Assembly: GCA_000708835.1 (NCBI GenBank)
Contig: DF237059.1
Location: 130,944 to 194,943, forward strand
Direction of reading: 5' to 3'
Source of the DNA: Klebsormidium nitens
Taxonomy: Eukaryota; Plantae; Klebsormidiophyceae
Length of the DNA: 64,000 nt
Below are positions 48,305-61,800 of the stretch, piece after piece; the first letter of the stretch is position 1, and every line of letters begins with the position of its first letter. The position numbers and the translations under genes are program-made. The notes beneath the pieces are model-generated. The model was not told the origin of the DNA, did no database searches, and worked only from the letters and a program-made list of their open reading frames with translations.

Positions 48305-48540
48305 CAGGAATTGACCTAAGGTACATGCTTCTCAAATCATGTTGACTAAGCCCATTTTGACCAAGGATAGTGCTCGGGGTACGAACAAACCTCAAAAACT
48401 AAACCGATAGGTGACACTCGCTTCGCGCACCCGTTCCCACTCTAACCAGTGTGCTAACCCTACCCGTCCCCCGGGTGCTTTTCCTTAGTCAACATGGCCT
48501 TAGTCAACATGAAATCGAGACCTACCCTAGGTACAACGTA
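48305..48540. mobile_element. Putative MITE/foldback element: about 45-bp imperfect terminal inverted repeats with reiterated TTGACYAAGG motifs
   Basis: Left arm: ttgacctaagg (48311), catgttgactaag (48338-48350), ttgaccaagg (48357). Right arm: cttagtcaacatg twice (48484, 48499), then gagacctaccctaggtacaa. No TSD identified. Confidence 0.45.
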
Positions 48541-48859
48541 CTAGGTAGTTGGTAGTCTATTTAAAATAATACTGGCGTTACTGTCGTATACCGGGTGGAT
48601 CCCGGCAAGTGATGCGGGCAGACGGTCATCACATTTCGATCATGATTGCCGACGCGCGACGCCGGCCGCGGGCTCGCGGCCGGGCGTTCCGTTCTTTCAG
48701 AACTTCACATCTAGATTCTAGTAGCTGGGACTTGCACAAGCTAGTTGCAGGCGCTTGCTTGCCCCAACAAACTGTCCACTTCGTGTCACTGTTGATACAG
48801 GAGTCCGTAGGGGGGGCAGAGGCTAGCTTCTCTTTTAACGCGGGGGCTTTGCGGCAAAT

Positions 48860-51800
48860 ATGGCGCTCTCGCAAGTCAGCGCCGGCATGTGCAACCCTTT
48901 GCTGCACTTTCCGGCCCTGACGACCTCTCCATTTGTTGGGCCAACGTTTGTTTTGTATGCATCACATTGCTCACCCGCAAGCAGCACTTGCAGAGCAATT
49001 ACCAGGAGTCGCCCTCAACGGGTTTACTCATCAGTGGCCTTTGGGTTGACACCAGCGCCCTTGCTAGAATCCTCTCTCTGTGGTGGTACTTTCAATTCCA
49101 GGCGTCGTTCTTCTCAGCGTCGTTTGCGCACCCGATTATACGTTCACAATTCCAAAAGTGCAGCGGTCAGTGCCGAAAAAGTTGGTGAGAGGCAATGCAG
49201 CGCAATCAGAGTGGAACAGGTCGTTGACGCGAGTGAGCATGATGACGTCAGCAAGGGGCGGAGGATGGGACGGAGAAATGTATTGGAATTGGCGGCGCTG
49301 ACGATTTTGGTGGGCAACGCAGCGATCGGTGCGTCGCCGGCGCACGCATACAAGCCTCCGCCAGAAGGTGAGGTCCGACAGGATTAATTGGAGACGTAGA
49401 GGGAGGGAAGACGGGAAGTTAGCCATGACATTCACGTTTCATTGTTTGCATTCTTGCTGGCGGACAAAGAGTTGGGCGTTGAAGGAAGGCTTGCTCAAGC
49501 AGCTTTCAGCAAGAGGGTACTCGGTGAGCGATGCAGCGAACGCATATTACTTTAGGTCCGATACTCTGGAGTTTTTCCAACCGCGAGCCCTGCAAGCTGA
49601 CCGCCAAGCTGCACCACCCCTGATTGCCGTGGCGCAACTCTTATGGCAGTCATTTCCATCATGAGGGTTCTGACCACATTCGGGCTTTGCCGAGGGATGA
49701 ACAATCCATGTCCGAGGTTCTCTCTGAACGCTGGGATTGCTGTTTAGACAGCCCGTTGAGTGTAGAAAGTTGTGGGGAGTGATACTGCAGTTACGCCCCA
49801 GAGTGGATCAAAATTGTCTGGAGATGAGCTTCCGGCAGTCACGTTCTCCTGCTTGCTTTCTGCAACAGCAATGCTTTTATAGACTCTGATGACGAGCGTA
49901 CTCTGTTCAAGGATTTCAGTTGCTAGAGAGCAGCCTTAGAGACCTGGACTATTGAATCTATGCTGTCACCCTCAGAAAGCACAGTGGCAGAGGAAACGAA
50001 AGTCGGCAGTTTTTGCATACCACTTGATCCCTCCTGAATGCTGAGGTCGCATGACAAAGCAGGCACTATTCTTCCATTATCTTGGTGTCTTCATGTTCGA
50101 AACTGCCTGAAAGCAGGCTGCTTATCTACGGCCACTCCCGTTGAGAAGCCTGGATCCTGCCGGAGTAGTGAGCTCCTTGAGAGCGGTGTTGAGGCACTTC
50201 TTGCAGTGTCTCACAGTTACAACCGCAATTTGGGGCAACGCCTTCTCTGATACTTTGCTGCGGCAATCGTGAAGCGTTTGGGGCTCCGCTCATTGTCGCT
50301 TGAAATCCGGTTAATTTCTTGACTTATTATCTGCTTCAAATCCTGTTAATCTTTGACTGCATAAGGACTCGCATGGAGTGCCTAGCAAGCAGTCGACCAA
50401 TCCCACTCGTTTTGACGGATAACGATTCTTGTTTCGTACTAACCGGTTCATGTCGTGGGGTTCGGGAAATGATTTCCCTGTGCCTAAGCATTGTCATGGG
50501 ATCGTTTGATCCGGTTCCGTTGATGCACGAAACTCCTGGGAGATTCCAGTTGCTTTATCCCCTAACACCCTATCGAGCCCAGTGCGTCTTTGGATCTCAG
50601 ACTGTCAAAGCCAGCATCGTCACGCTAGTAAGGCCAAGTCCTGAGGGCGGCTTGTAGTTGCCAAGAATGAATCATCCGAATAGATCGAACTCTTTTGATC
50701 CCGTTCAATCGTCAGGTGCAAATTGCAAGGTGCACTTAGCCACAGTTGTATGAACATTGTCGTTGCTCCCAATGTTCAGGTTTCCGCCGGTACACCGACC
50801 GCCTCGACGGGTTCACCCTCCTCGTTCCCGACTACTGGGTCCAGGTCCGGGGGAGCGGCGCTGAGGTGCAGTTCCGCAGCCCCCAGAACGGCGATGAGAA
50901 TCTTTTCGTTGCGGTTAGCTCGCCGAGTTCTTCAAAATACACCGGGGTTAAGGATTTGGGTTCGCCAGAGGAGAGTGGGAAGTTCATCAAGAAGCAGTAC
51001 GTGGCGGAATACATGTCGACGCGGATAGGCGTGCGGCGGACGGCGGAGGTCGTGAGCGCGAGCAGTAGAGAAGTGGAGGTGAGGCACCAAAAGCTTCTGA
51101 TCGTCTTCTGCTTCATTTTCCTTTCCCTTTGTGCCGCTTTGATCGCATGCTACTTTTGCGGTGGCGATTGTTGTGGTTTCTGCTTTCTTTGCGATTCGCT
51201 TTTATTCTGTTCTCTGTTTCTGCCACCCTTCTCTCAACTTTCGTTGGGTGCTTATACACCGCCTGCTTTACGCCTCGTAGCAGTTACAACAGACCATCTC
51301 TTCACCTGTTTATTTTTGTCGTTCACCCCGAGGCTCGTTCTTTCGTGCGTCCACCTTGGAAAGGTGGGACGTGTTTTGTCGTCTCCTTCTTTCGGCATCC
51401 CCTCTTGAAACTTTGCACAAAAGCCGCGTCGACTGGAAACTTTTGGTGGACACGAATGGCATCTGGAATGCAATATATGACTCTTGGGCTTACCTATTCC
51501 TGTTCCAACTCTTCCAGCCCTCCCTTCTTATGTGTACATCGTCATGACGATCCATGGCACAACACGCACTAAAGCTTGCTCTATTTAAAGATATTTCCTT
51601 GCCTCTTTTTGCAGGAGGGGAAGCCGTACTACCAGATTGAGATGAGCGTCAAGTCAGAGGCGAACTCGAACCAACTGGCGGTCACCCCCGAAGAGAGGGT
51701 GCCCTTCGTCGAGTGGGAGAGGAGATACATCACGGTTCAGGCGGTCGAAAATAAGCGACTATACGAGTTGCGGGTGCAAATACCGGCTGATATCTATGGG

Positions 51801-51884
51801 CGAGAGCGGGCCCTCTTGCAGACGGTGCTAGATTCATTCAGGACGTTCCCTGTTGAAAGCTTTGAAGGAGGCAAGCCTGTTTGA
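48860..51884 (+). CDS. PPD1: PsbP-domain protein 1 (thylakoid lumen, PSI assembly); exons 48860-49367, 50780-51078, 51615-51884
   Basis: Bipartite transit peptide with twin-Arg Tat signal (GRRNVLELAAL...PAHA). Mature part GFRRYTDRLDG...WVQVRGSGAE..FR.P...DENL.V..SSPSSSKY....DLGSPEE...EYMSTRIGVRR...GKPYYQ.E...KS.AN.NQLAV.PEERV...EWERRY...AVENKRLYELR.Q.P matches PPD1. Confidence 0.92.
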
Positions 51885-52892
51885 TAGATTGAGAGCATGC
51901 GGCCCTTTCCAATCATCTTATTTGACAACCTGTGTCCAATTGCCAAGTTGAGTGTCATGCTGATTGCCTTCAGAACGGCTCCTCTTCTGCATGCGGCCGC
52001 ATCAGTTGACAGCGCTTCCAAGTCTACTGGCCACGATGACAAGGCCTGGTGGATGGATGCATGCATGACCAGAGCTGCTACGAGGAACCATCTGCATGGC
52101 GCATCAGCCTGCATATGCATGACATATACTGTGCAAGAGTACGTACTTAACAGTGCGTGAACTCGGAGGCTAGGTTTAATTCAATCAAGCGCCTGGCCTG
52201 AGAACGAAGTTGAACATGATGCATGCTTGCTGCACATGTGAGCTTACACGCGCGCTCGTACGTAACGGCGGCCCCGGGTTCAACCATATTGAGGATCGTG
52301 TACCGTCCATGGCCACTGATCGAAGAGCTAGAAATATGGCGATGGCTACATATAAGTATATATCTTACAGATGAGTATATTGTAGAAGATATCCGTCGGA
52401 CCGTCGATTAAATGCTCATGCAAGGATGTCGACTTCATAAATGCCTGATCTCTATATGCATACTAATATAAGATTCAATCTGCGTGCAGACCAGCTGGAT
52501 CATCAATTGAATGCTGATCGACGGTTGTCGCACCTCATCATTGAATGCTTACGACAGGCTGCCAGTACTAATGCATTCAGACGCACTACAGATGCCAAGC
52601 TGCTATACGTGATCGCAAAGCTCTAAAGGACTGGCCATGATAAAACCATGCATGTGCGATCGAATGCTGTTTTGGTTGGTCGATTGTTGGCCGAGTGCAA
52701 TTCCTAAGTCACTGCTGGCCGCGGATCACGTTTCATACTGTTACCGAGTCTTTACTGTACGTTTGACGTGAACTAGCTTTATCTTTGCGGCACCGAACAA
52801 TCTTATTATCCAGAATCGACCGGGGCCCTCATTTGACAACACGCTATTGTAAGCGTTAACGAATGTGCATGTATTAAGTGCCATTGTCACCC

Positions 52893-55800
52893 TCAAGGCT
52901 CATGCCTGGACGCCTGGCTGCCCCCTTCATCTTCCGATTCCGCGCCCGCATCGGCTGCCGCGTCTGCGGGCACCCCTCGAAGTTCGCCAGTGTGTCGACT
53001 CCTCAGCTTTGCTTTCAGACTTTGCTGCCTAGCTTTCAGATCGCCCATCTCTCCCTCCCCGCCGATACTAACCCGATACCCGTTCGACGCTTCTGGATCG
53101 TACCCCCACTCGTCGTCAGCACTCATCTCATACCCGGTCGGCAGTTCCGGACCGCCCGCAACCCCGTCCGTGGTCCCAGTGGCTGGAGCACCGTCCGAAT
53201 CTTGCCACGTCTCAGCATCTTGGAGGTCCACGTGGGCCTGCTTGTACATGGCGGCGAGCGTGCTGGATTGGTCCACGTAGAGGGCCTTGTGGTGCTGGAG
53301 CTGCTTCCGCAGTTGGGCGTGGACTGCGTACATGTACGGCTCCTCGGGATAACTGGTGAAAAGAAAAATGTAAGTTCCCGTTTAGAAAGGAAGCAAGCTT
53401 CCGCAGGTAGGGCTTTGATGTATTGCCGAGCTTCTGAGAGACTCCGACAATCTAAGAGTTGAGAGTTCGCGGATTGCGGGTAGCAGGACTCCCTAAGAAT
53501 CAGGTGTCAGTTCTGTGACTCATGCAAGGACTCTGCGGACAAAAGGCCTAACAAATCGGGACCTTCTACGGGCACATGAAGGCAGCAACTGCATGAAGGC
53601 TTCCGAGCGGTCTGCAAGAGGTCAAGATAATGAGCACGCTGCACGAGGACCACTTTCTGTGCTGACAACAGAGGAGCCGCTTGAATCTAACACATCCGTT
53701 TCACGCGTTGCAAGCGACAGAAGGCCCAGATCCTTGCACGCCGCTCGCTCAGGAGCGGCATGAGGTTACTAAACGACAACAAAAATATGGTCCTGCGGCG
53801 CCACGTGGCAGCCCACCTGCTCGCCACGTTGACCAGGTACGCCAGCGTGGCCTTATTCACGACGACGCCCACGTCCTGGATGTCGCCAATCACCTCCACG
53901 GCACGTGCGACCTGGTAAGAGGCAAGTATGTTCGTTACCATACGACTTCGCTGCATCTTTCACCTTGTATAACTTCTTCTGGTAAATGACTTCGTCAGGA
54001 AACCTCCGAGTGGAATCGCTTATGTGGGTTGAAGCACAAAGACGCAGCTGATCGACGGTGACATTCTGAACGTCAGCGGAGTCAGATTGCGGGCGATTAA
54101 GATGTTGGTGTGCGGAAATCATACGCAAGGAATTTGTGCTGGTCACGCTTCTCGCGTCCGATAGCTTGGTCCCCCAAATCAAAGGCAAGAAGTCCTCTGC
54201 AAATCGATCAGAGGCACTTCCACGCATTTTCCTGATCAAAGCACATTTAGAGACACAGAACAGGGCCAGGCAAGGACAAAGGGAGAGATGCAACGAACAG
54301 AAAGCGGACCCAACTCACCAGCCCCGCCCCGCAGCAGCCCTCGATGAGCGCCTCGTACCCGAGTGCCGGGATCTTGGCCAGCGGATTCCGGTAGTTGGTC
54401 ACCCACCGGAATCCGCCCGTCTGCTTCAGGCGCGCGAGCTCCGCCACGGCCTTGGCCTTCACCTGGTCGTACAACTCGAGCGCCATGGAGAGGCGCCCGG
54501 TTCGGGCACAACCGGCCACCAAATGCCCCAGAGAAGCGACCGGTAGACGCACCCCGTGGTCCTCCATGTACTCGACGACGCGCACTGCCCGTCCGACCTG
54601 GCGGGATAGGCATTTGGTGAGGAGGCGAACGGTGTTCCGAAAACCGACTTCTAAGCAAGGGACAATCGGTATCAGATTCTCAGATTTGGAATTGAGGGTC
54701 TGAAAATGGATAACGTAATAAGAGTTTCAGGGTCTGAGAATTGTTGGAAGATGGCGGAATGAGACCTGGAAAGGGTGCATATTTGTAGAGATGCGATGCA
54801 GAAGTTCCCGCATAAGCTTCGACTCCTTTAGCCGGTTCCCTTCGCCTTTTACAACGAGGCCGGTTGCGGGCTGAGCCCAATCTGAGAGCGTCAAGCGACC
54901 ACTGTATAGCAGATGGCAACGCATCGTGAGACTGGACAGCAGAAGGAAAAGAAAAGCACCCACCTGTCCCGCAATGCACAGCGCCGAGACGAGCTTCCCG
55001 TACGGCTTCTGATCCGAGTTCCATTCTCGCGACACCAGCTCCTTATGGAACTGGTAAGCGGGTTCTACTTGGCCGTCCCGCGCGAGACCTTCGATGAGAA
55101 TGAGCAGCGAGCGGCGGTTCGGCTCGACGCCCATGCTGCGGCAGAGGGACAGCACGCGCACGGCGCGGTCCACGTTGCGGGTGCCGTCGGAGGAGCAGAG
55201 CGCGAGCATCAGGCTGTAAAGGAAACAGGAAGCGCAAGAGAAAGTCAGTCGTTTGCTTACATCTCGCGAGCATGAGGCTGCGGGGCGGTAATGGAGGGCC
55301 AAGTATTTTCATTCCTTCCTCATACGAGTACGCGTTTTTTGGATGTCGTCAAAAGCCTTCTATAACGAAACGAGTGCTTTTTCCAGTCGAGAAGAGAAAG
55401 GAAGAGAGGGCAGTAAGTTGGTCAAGAAACGGTACACCGCACAAAGCAGACTGGAGGTTGACTCAATGGCGACAGTGCATTTGAAACATCTCGGAAGCCC
55501 GCCCAACGGCATTTCGCAAGCATGCAGTAAATCGAGAATGGCAACGACATCAGGAACTCTGAGCGCACCTGTTAAAGGACCCGACAGTGACCGCGTTGTG
55601 CTTCCGGACGGTCTCCTTGAAGACGTCGAGCGCTTCCTCGATCTTCCCTGCTCGGCTGCATACCTGCACCAGGCACCCTGAACATTTCAATATTGGACAA
55701 GGCCGATGATTTATGATATAGTCGCTGTTTTGAAGCCTTGGAGGTGACGACAGGGGTGAAACATATCATTCATAGACTAGAACGGTCAACCGTAAGGCAT

Positions 55801-58800
55801 TGCGTCTGCTTTGCGCTTGCACGACTCAAAAGCAGGCTGTACGCTTAGTGATAAAAGATATGCACTCCAGGTGCGATTAACGCCGAATCTCCACGGAGCC
55901 TTCGTGGGGCCCGTGCAAGAGATTTTCCACTGAAAGCCCCTCCAATAGTTGTGCCCGTCTTCTTATCAACGTGTACCTTTTCAATTTCGGGAAGTTTTCC
56001 TCGCTGTTGACGTGAATGACCCACTTTGACCTGCCCATGTTTGCCGACATCCCTTCTTTTTCTTTCGAGATGTCCTGGTCCAGCGCTTGCAAGTCCTTTA
56101 TGCCCTCAGACCTTCTGAGCGGAGATGCCCAGTTGTGACTTTCTCAAGGAATCAAGGCAAAATACATTGCACGGCCTCTTTATCCTGCCTGCTGACAAGC
56201 CAATCTAGTCGCCAACGCCGATGGGCGCAGGGCCAGTGATCTTTGTCCCACGTCTTACGCCGATAGGCGTACTTTCATAAGCAGGTCGTAGCAGGTGTTT
56301 GTGGGCTCAATCCCGTTTTTCCAAAGTATCTTCTTATCCACCTCGCCAATAGAAGTTTCAGGGCCAGCGACCTTATCCCACGGTTTCGCAGAGAAACGTA
56401 CCTTGATAAGGAGATCATAGCAGGTGTCATTGGGCTCGATTCCGTTCTCCCACATGTACCGCCACAGCTTGAACGCCTGCTCCGAGTCTGCCCGCACAGC
56501 GCACGCGCCCAGAAGCGCGGCAAACGAGTCGGCCGTCGGCAAGATGCGGTCATTCTGAGGGGAAAAAGAAACAGTCAGAAAGTCTGTTACTGTGGAGTTG
56601 CCAGGAATATTGGAGGTAGTGAAAAAGGTGATTCCGTACAAAGAAAGCAGACTGGTAGCGAGTAGAGGAAAACTGGCCTTCAGGAAGTTGCGAGTCTGTC
56701 TCGGCAAACTGTCAACGGGGTCGCAATGTTTGAAAGGGTTTGACACATGCCCCACCAAAATAGAAAATGGAGAGTGCGTTCTCTACATCGTGTCAGCGCC
56801 TCTTCACAGCATGCCGATTCCAAAACAGAACCTGACACAGGCCCAACAACCCGAAAGAAAAACCAAAGAAAGAAGATTTGATGAGGCAAGGAACTCGTAA
56901 CCAAAGCCGAGGAGAGTAAGACAGCAGAGACAAATTCAAAATGCGAAACCGCAACATTTATCAATACTTCCATCCGCCTGCCATCACCAGAAAATACAAT
57001 CTGCGGACCAGCCGCCTACAGCAAAGTGGGTTGCAAGGAGTTTCGGAAAAACAAGAACACCAGATCTTACCATCATCTGCCGGAAAATCCCAAACGCCTG
57101 CTCCGGCACCCCCGACTGGCTGCACGCCTCCATGAGCCTCGTATAGATGTTCCGGGTCGGAGCCAAGCCCCGGTTCTTCATCTCGGCTAGCAAGCTCAGC
57201 GCGCGATCCAGTTTGCCCACCCGCCCGCAGACGTCGATCAGCGGCATGAAGGTGCGCTGGTTTGGGACGAGGCCCTGCTGTTGGAGCTGTTTGTAGACTA
57301 GAAAGGCGCGGGNNNNNNNNNNNNNNNNNNNNNNNNNNNNNNNNNNNNNNNNNNNNNNNNNNNNNNNNNNNNNNNNNNNNNNNNNNNNNNCTAGAAAGGC
57401 GCGCATCATCTGTAAAAATAGAAGGCCCTGTTTTCAGCGTGGTAATATTAGAATAGAGAGGCAGCAATAGCCTCGGAAGCTGGATACATGATTGCTAAAG
57501 CAGAGCGCGCGGAGGTGTGTTAGTTGGAGGCGACGCCCTGTTGGAGCTGTTTGTAAACTAGGAAGGCCCTCATCTATAGGAGCGGGAGGCCCCTGGTTTT
57601 AGCGAGGAAAAAACAGAGGGAGAGGCTGAAAGCGTCCTGAAGAGTCCAAAAAGCCGGGTACCCGCGAACCACGCGAAGACGCGATTGTCGAGAACGAGGC
57701 CCTGTTTATGGAGCTGCCTGAGGAGTAAGGGGGCGTAGGTCATCTGCAGACAATGACTTACAAAACGAGGATAGGTCCAGAATACAACAGCAGAAATTCT
57801 GTGACGGGCCTCATAGAACCTATCGCGATGGGTGGAAGGTCTGCCGGTTCGATTACGGACAAGACATTGCTTCTGGAGCTGCTTAATAAGTGGTACGCTC
57901 AATATCTCCAGGCAGGTGAGGCCACTTCTTGATGAATGACAAAGCATGTACTTAATCGGCAGCAGTATGCAAGAGACAACCTGCCGACAACGACGTCAAG
58001 GGCTGCCTCGCCGTGGTACTTGCAGAACAGTCGCACCTGCCGTAGCACCAATCTCCCGAGCCATGCACAGTGTAAAGCCTCTCACCTGCTTGTTATACGC
58101 ACATCCCATGAGCACCGTGTTGTACGCAATCAGGTTCGGCTTCCACTCGTCGCTCTCCCGCATGCCCTCCAGAATCTCCATCGCTTTCGTCATCTCGCCC
58201 GCTTTCACCAACACGTCTAGAATCGCGTTATGCACTGCCAGCGGCCCCCCAGGCCGGTTATGGCCGTAGTGCATCGCGGGGGAACTAGGGTCGGCGGAAA
58301 CCTCGTCGAAGTACTCGAGCGCGCGCTGCACTTGGAAGACTTCGCCGCACGCGCGGATGAGCGACGTGGACGCATGCGCATCGGGGGAAATGCCCGATCT
58401 TATCATGTCGCTGCAGGAGTGGGACGAAAGCATCGGTTGTTAGGTGCGTGTTGACCGAACATTTATTTGGCCTCCAGTGTTGCCTTTGTGGTACCGCCAA
58501 GTGGGAGGTACGGTACTTTCCAGGCCGAAATAATGCTTCGGTATGTACCTACTGAAGCACGTGGATCTAAGGGACCATTCAATCGGCTCAAAGCTCGGCA
58601 AGAATCTGAGAATATTTTTGCGCTTTTGGTCGATGTGAGCCTTTAGACACACCATGGACCCGAAACGCCACAGTTGATGCCAACTGTGCTTTTCTTGCTG
58701 AATGATCTTTCGAATCCTGACAGGGACTGGATGATTATAGAGGACTCTGACGAGAGACTGGGTTGTGAAAGCGTGAGAAAGGTACGAGTAAAGGTTCTTC

Positions 58801-61800
58801 TGAAAGCCCATATACTCTATCCCTTCGATGGCAACGACCTTTCTCGCAGTCAACCCCGAGCTACAGAGTAGTACTACTCAAAATTAACATCCGCATCGGC
58901 AAACCTTTTCATTCATTTGGAAGTATAGACACCTTCGCGCCCAATAAACCTCGTCATCTGTGCTGTCCCAAGGACCCTGCCTGACCAGTTCCAACCAGCC
59001 TTTCTCGAAGAATTTGGTCGCCCGGAAACCTAAGAGCAACGGTCCTTACTTCCGAATCCCGAAGGCGTAGTCGACCTTCCCCGCTTTCGCGCACGCGTTC
59101 AGCAGCGCAGAGTACACGAAGCGCTTGTCCCCCGGGGAAAAAGCCCTGGCCGCAGCGGCCGGCTTCACCTCCTTCGTATACACTTCCAGCGCTGCTTCGA
59201 GTTCCCCAGGCTTTTGCACCGAGTGTACCGCGTTGAAAAAAGCGCTCCACATAAACGAGTCCGGCCGCACGCCGGCGTTTATGAGCTCTTGGTATAAGCT
59301 ATGGGGCGAGACGGAAGGGCAGGGGTTCGCGGCCATGGCGGAGAAGAGCACGGTGGCGGTGCGGGCGTCGGGGGAGAGCCCAGAGGAGACGAGCTGGTGG
59401 TAGAAGTCGAGGGCTTTGGGGAACTGTGAACGGAGAAATTCGAAGTCCGTCAAGAAGAAGGCGCCAAGCTCCATTTAGCGTAGCCTGAGACGACGGCAGC
59501 TGCCAAAGATTGCGTACACGGAGAAGTCCTTGTGGTTGCAAGCGAATCCTCCTACGGACGAACAAGAACAAGTATGTGTGAGACGAAAGATACTTGTGCC
59601 CCTTCTGAATTTATGAAAAGGTAACAAGGCGCAGTGCTCCAAGAGCTCGGTGGAGTTCAAGGCCTCAAGAAGCAGCGAGCAATTACTTGAGTAAACGTGC
59701 TCGTAATTTACCGCTAAATGGTCATCGTCCTGAGGACCTATATTCCATGATGAAAGCCACAAAACTTATCTGGATAGAGAACGCGGGTTCGACTGTCTGA
59801 ACACTCTCAGGAGAGCAGTGCTTACATCGCCCCCCTTGGCAGCCAGGCTGACCATCGTGTTGAACGTCGTCAGGTTCGCCGTCTCCCCGCTCGCTTGCAT
59901 CTCTTCAAAGAGCTCGTAGCCCCGCTGGAACTGCCCCGACTCCTTGCACGCCTCCAGGAGTGCGTTCCACAGCGAGACGTCCGTCACGCCCTCTGCGGAA
60001 GAAGGAAGACGGCATTTGCTCAACAGATCTCCCTAAGTCACAATTGCAACATTTAAAGATGAACAGCCGTAGTCGTAATCCTTTTCAGACCAGTATCGAG
60101 AAAGGTCACCTGTCCTTCGGGTTACTTTGGATCTACTCTATATGGATCTCAAGCTTTGAGGGAAACCGAAGAAGAGAGTCCGATTAAAAAGCGAGGGGCA
60201 GAAGGCACGGCTGTTTTTTGGCTCTCAGGCCTCTATTGAGAAGCACACCCTCTCTTCTGAAGGCCAGCGGCGTGATCCTGGCTTTCCATTGCATATGAAA
60301 TTGCACGATTGGGCTCTAAAGAGCTCCACGAGTCTTTCGAACCACAGAAGGTAGGTCAATCTCAGCTTTCGCGGCACAGGGCAACCAAACTCAATTCCTA
60401 ATCAACCAGTCCAACGATAGCACTAACATCCAGCCTGCAATTTGATTTTCTGCCTTACCTTCTCTCGCTCTTTGGAACAGCCCCATCGCCCGGTGATAGT
60501 CCCCTGCCTTGGCCGCCGTGCTTATGACTCCGCTGTAGTCAAAGAACGACGCTGCAACACCCCTCTCCTTCATGATCTCGAGCACCTCGATCGCAGAATC
60601 AACGTTGCGCGCCCGGGCGCATGCATTGATTACGCAAGTGTAGTCTTTCGGCCCTACTGGCAGGAGGCGGATATAGGAAAGAGCGGCGGGGAGGAGCTTT
60701 GGCTGTCTGGGGAGGGCCAGGAAGAAAATCTGCAGATAGAAAATGCAGACACTCAATATTCTCAGGACTCTGGTGACGTCTCTGGTACCACTCCCTCTTT
60801 GTGCTTGTAGATGACTGGAGAAATACTGGCTGGCGGGACAAAACCAAGAATGCAGGTTGCAAACACCGAAGCTCCCTAGCAATCTGGATTCATGCTGACG
60901 GAAAAGTAGGCAACTGGAACATAGAGGTGAACCATGTCTGAGAGCGGGGGCTGGAAGGGCTCTCAAAATGACGCTGCACTGCATGACAGTTGCGGCAGGC
61001 TGTCTCTTTTGCTTTCAAGAAATTTGTCAAAAATGCTTTGTATGGCAGAGTAACTGGTCTCTGTGACAACATGTTGAACCTTCATGTGTGTCCAGGTTGG
61101 GCTTGAGCTATGTCACCACCTCAACCTCAATTTGTATGAAATGCAAAAGGCTTCTGATTGACAAAGTACAACTTGGGAGGGGAAGGCCCAGGCTCGTCAA
61201 CCCTCGACATCACCGCAGAGCTCCTGAAGACCTTCGATGGTAGTGGTGGTTGAACGGGGATAAGCCAACTCACACAAGCCCTGCTTGAAAACTCAAGTAG
61301 GTCCCTTTGAAAAACAACAAATCAGAGGGGTTTACAACTTTAGACGTGACCGGAGAGTGGTTGAAGACCTCCGATGGTAGAGGTGGTCGAATGGGAATAA
61401 GGCAACTCGGAAGAACCCTGCTTGGAAACCCAAGAGTAGGTCCCTTCGAACCTCAATAAATCAGAGTCGAACAACCAAACAACCAAGTATATTCAAGTGT
61501 GCGGGTGTCGGAGCTTACAATACGGCCGCCTTTGAGGGCCCTGTCGATCTGCTTTGCACTCCAGCGGCCCTCCTCGATCATTGACTGCACCAGCCTGGCA
61601 CAGTCCTCTGCTTTCCCAGACTGGAGAAGTGTGTCATGGACCTCTGCTAGCTTCTTCAGCGCTGCTGACTGCGAAACAACTTTCGCCTCTCCATCACCCC
61701 TCCTCCCATCTGGTTTCACCACAGTCACTTCTCCTTCTAGCTTGCCTCTCCTTGTTGGTCCACTGCTATAAGGTGCTTTGCTAGTTGACGCTGTCCTTTC

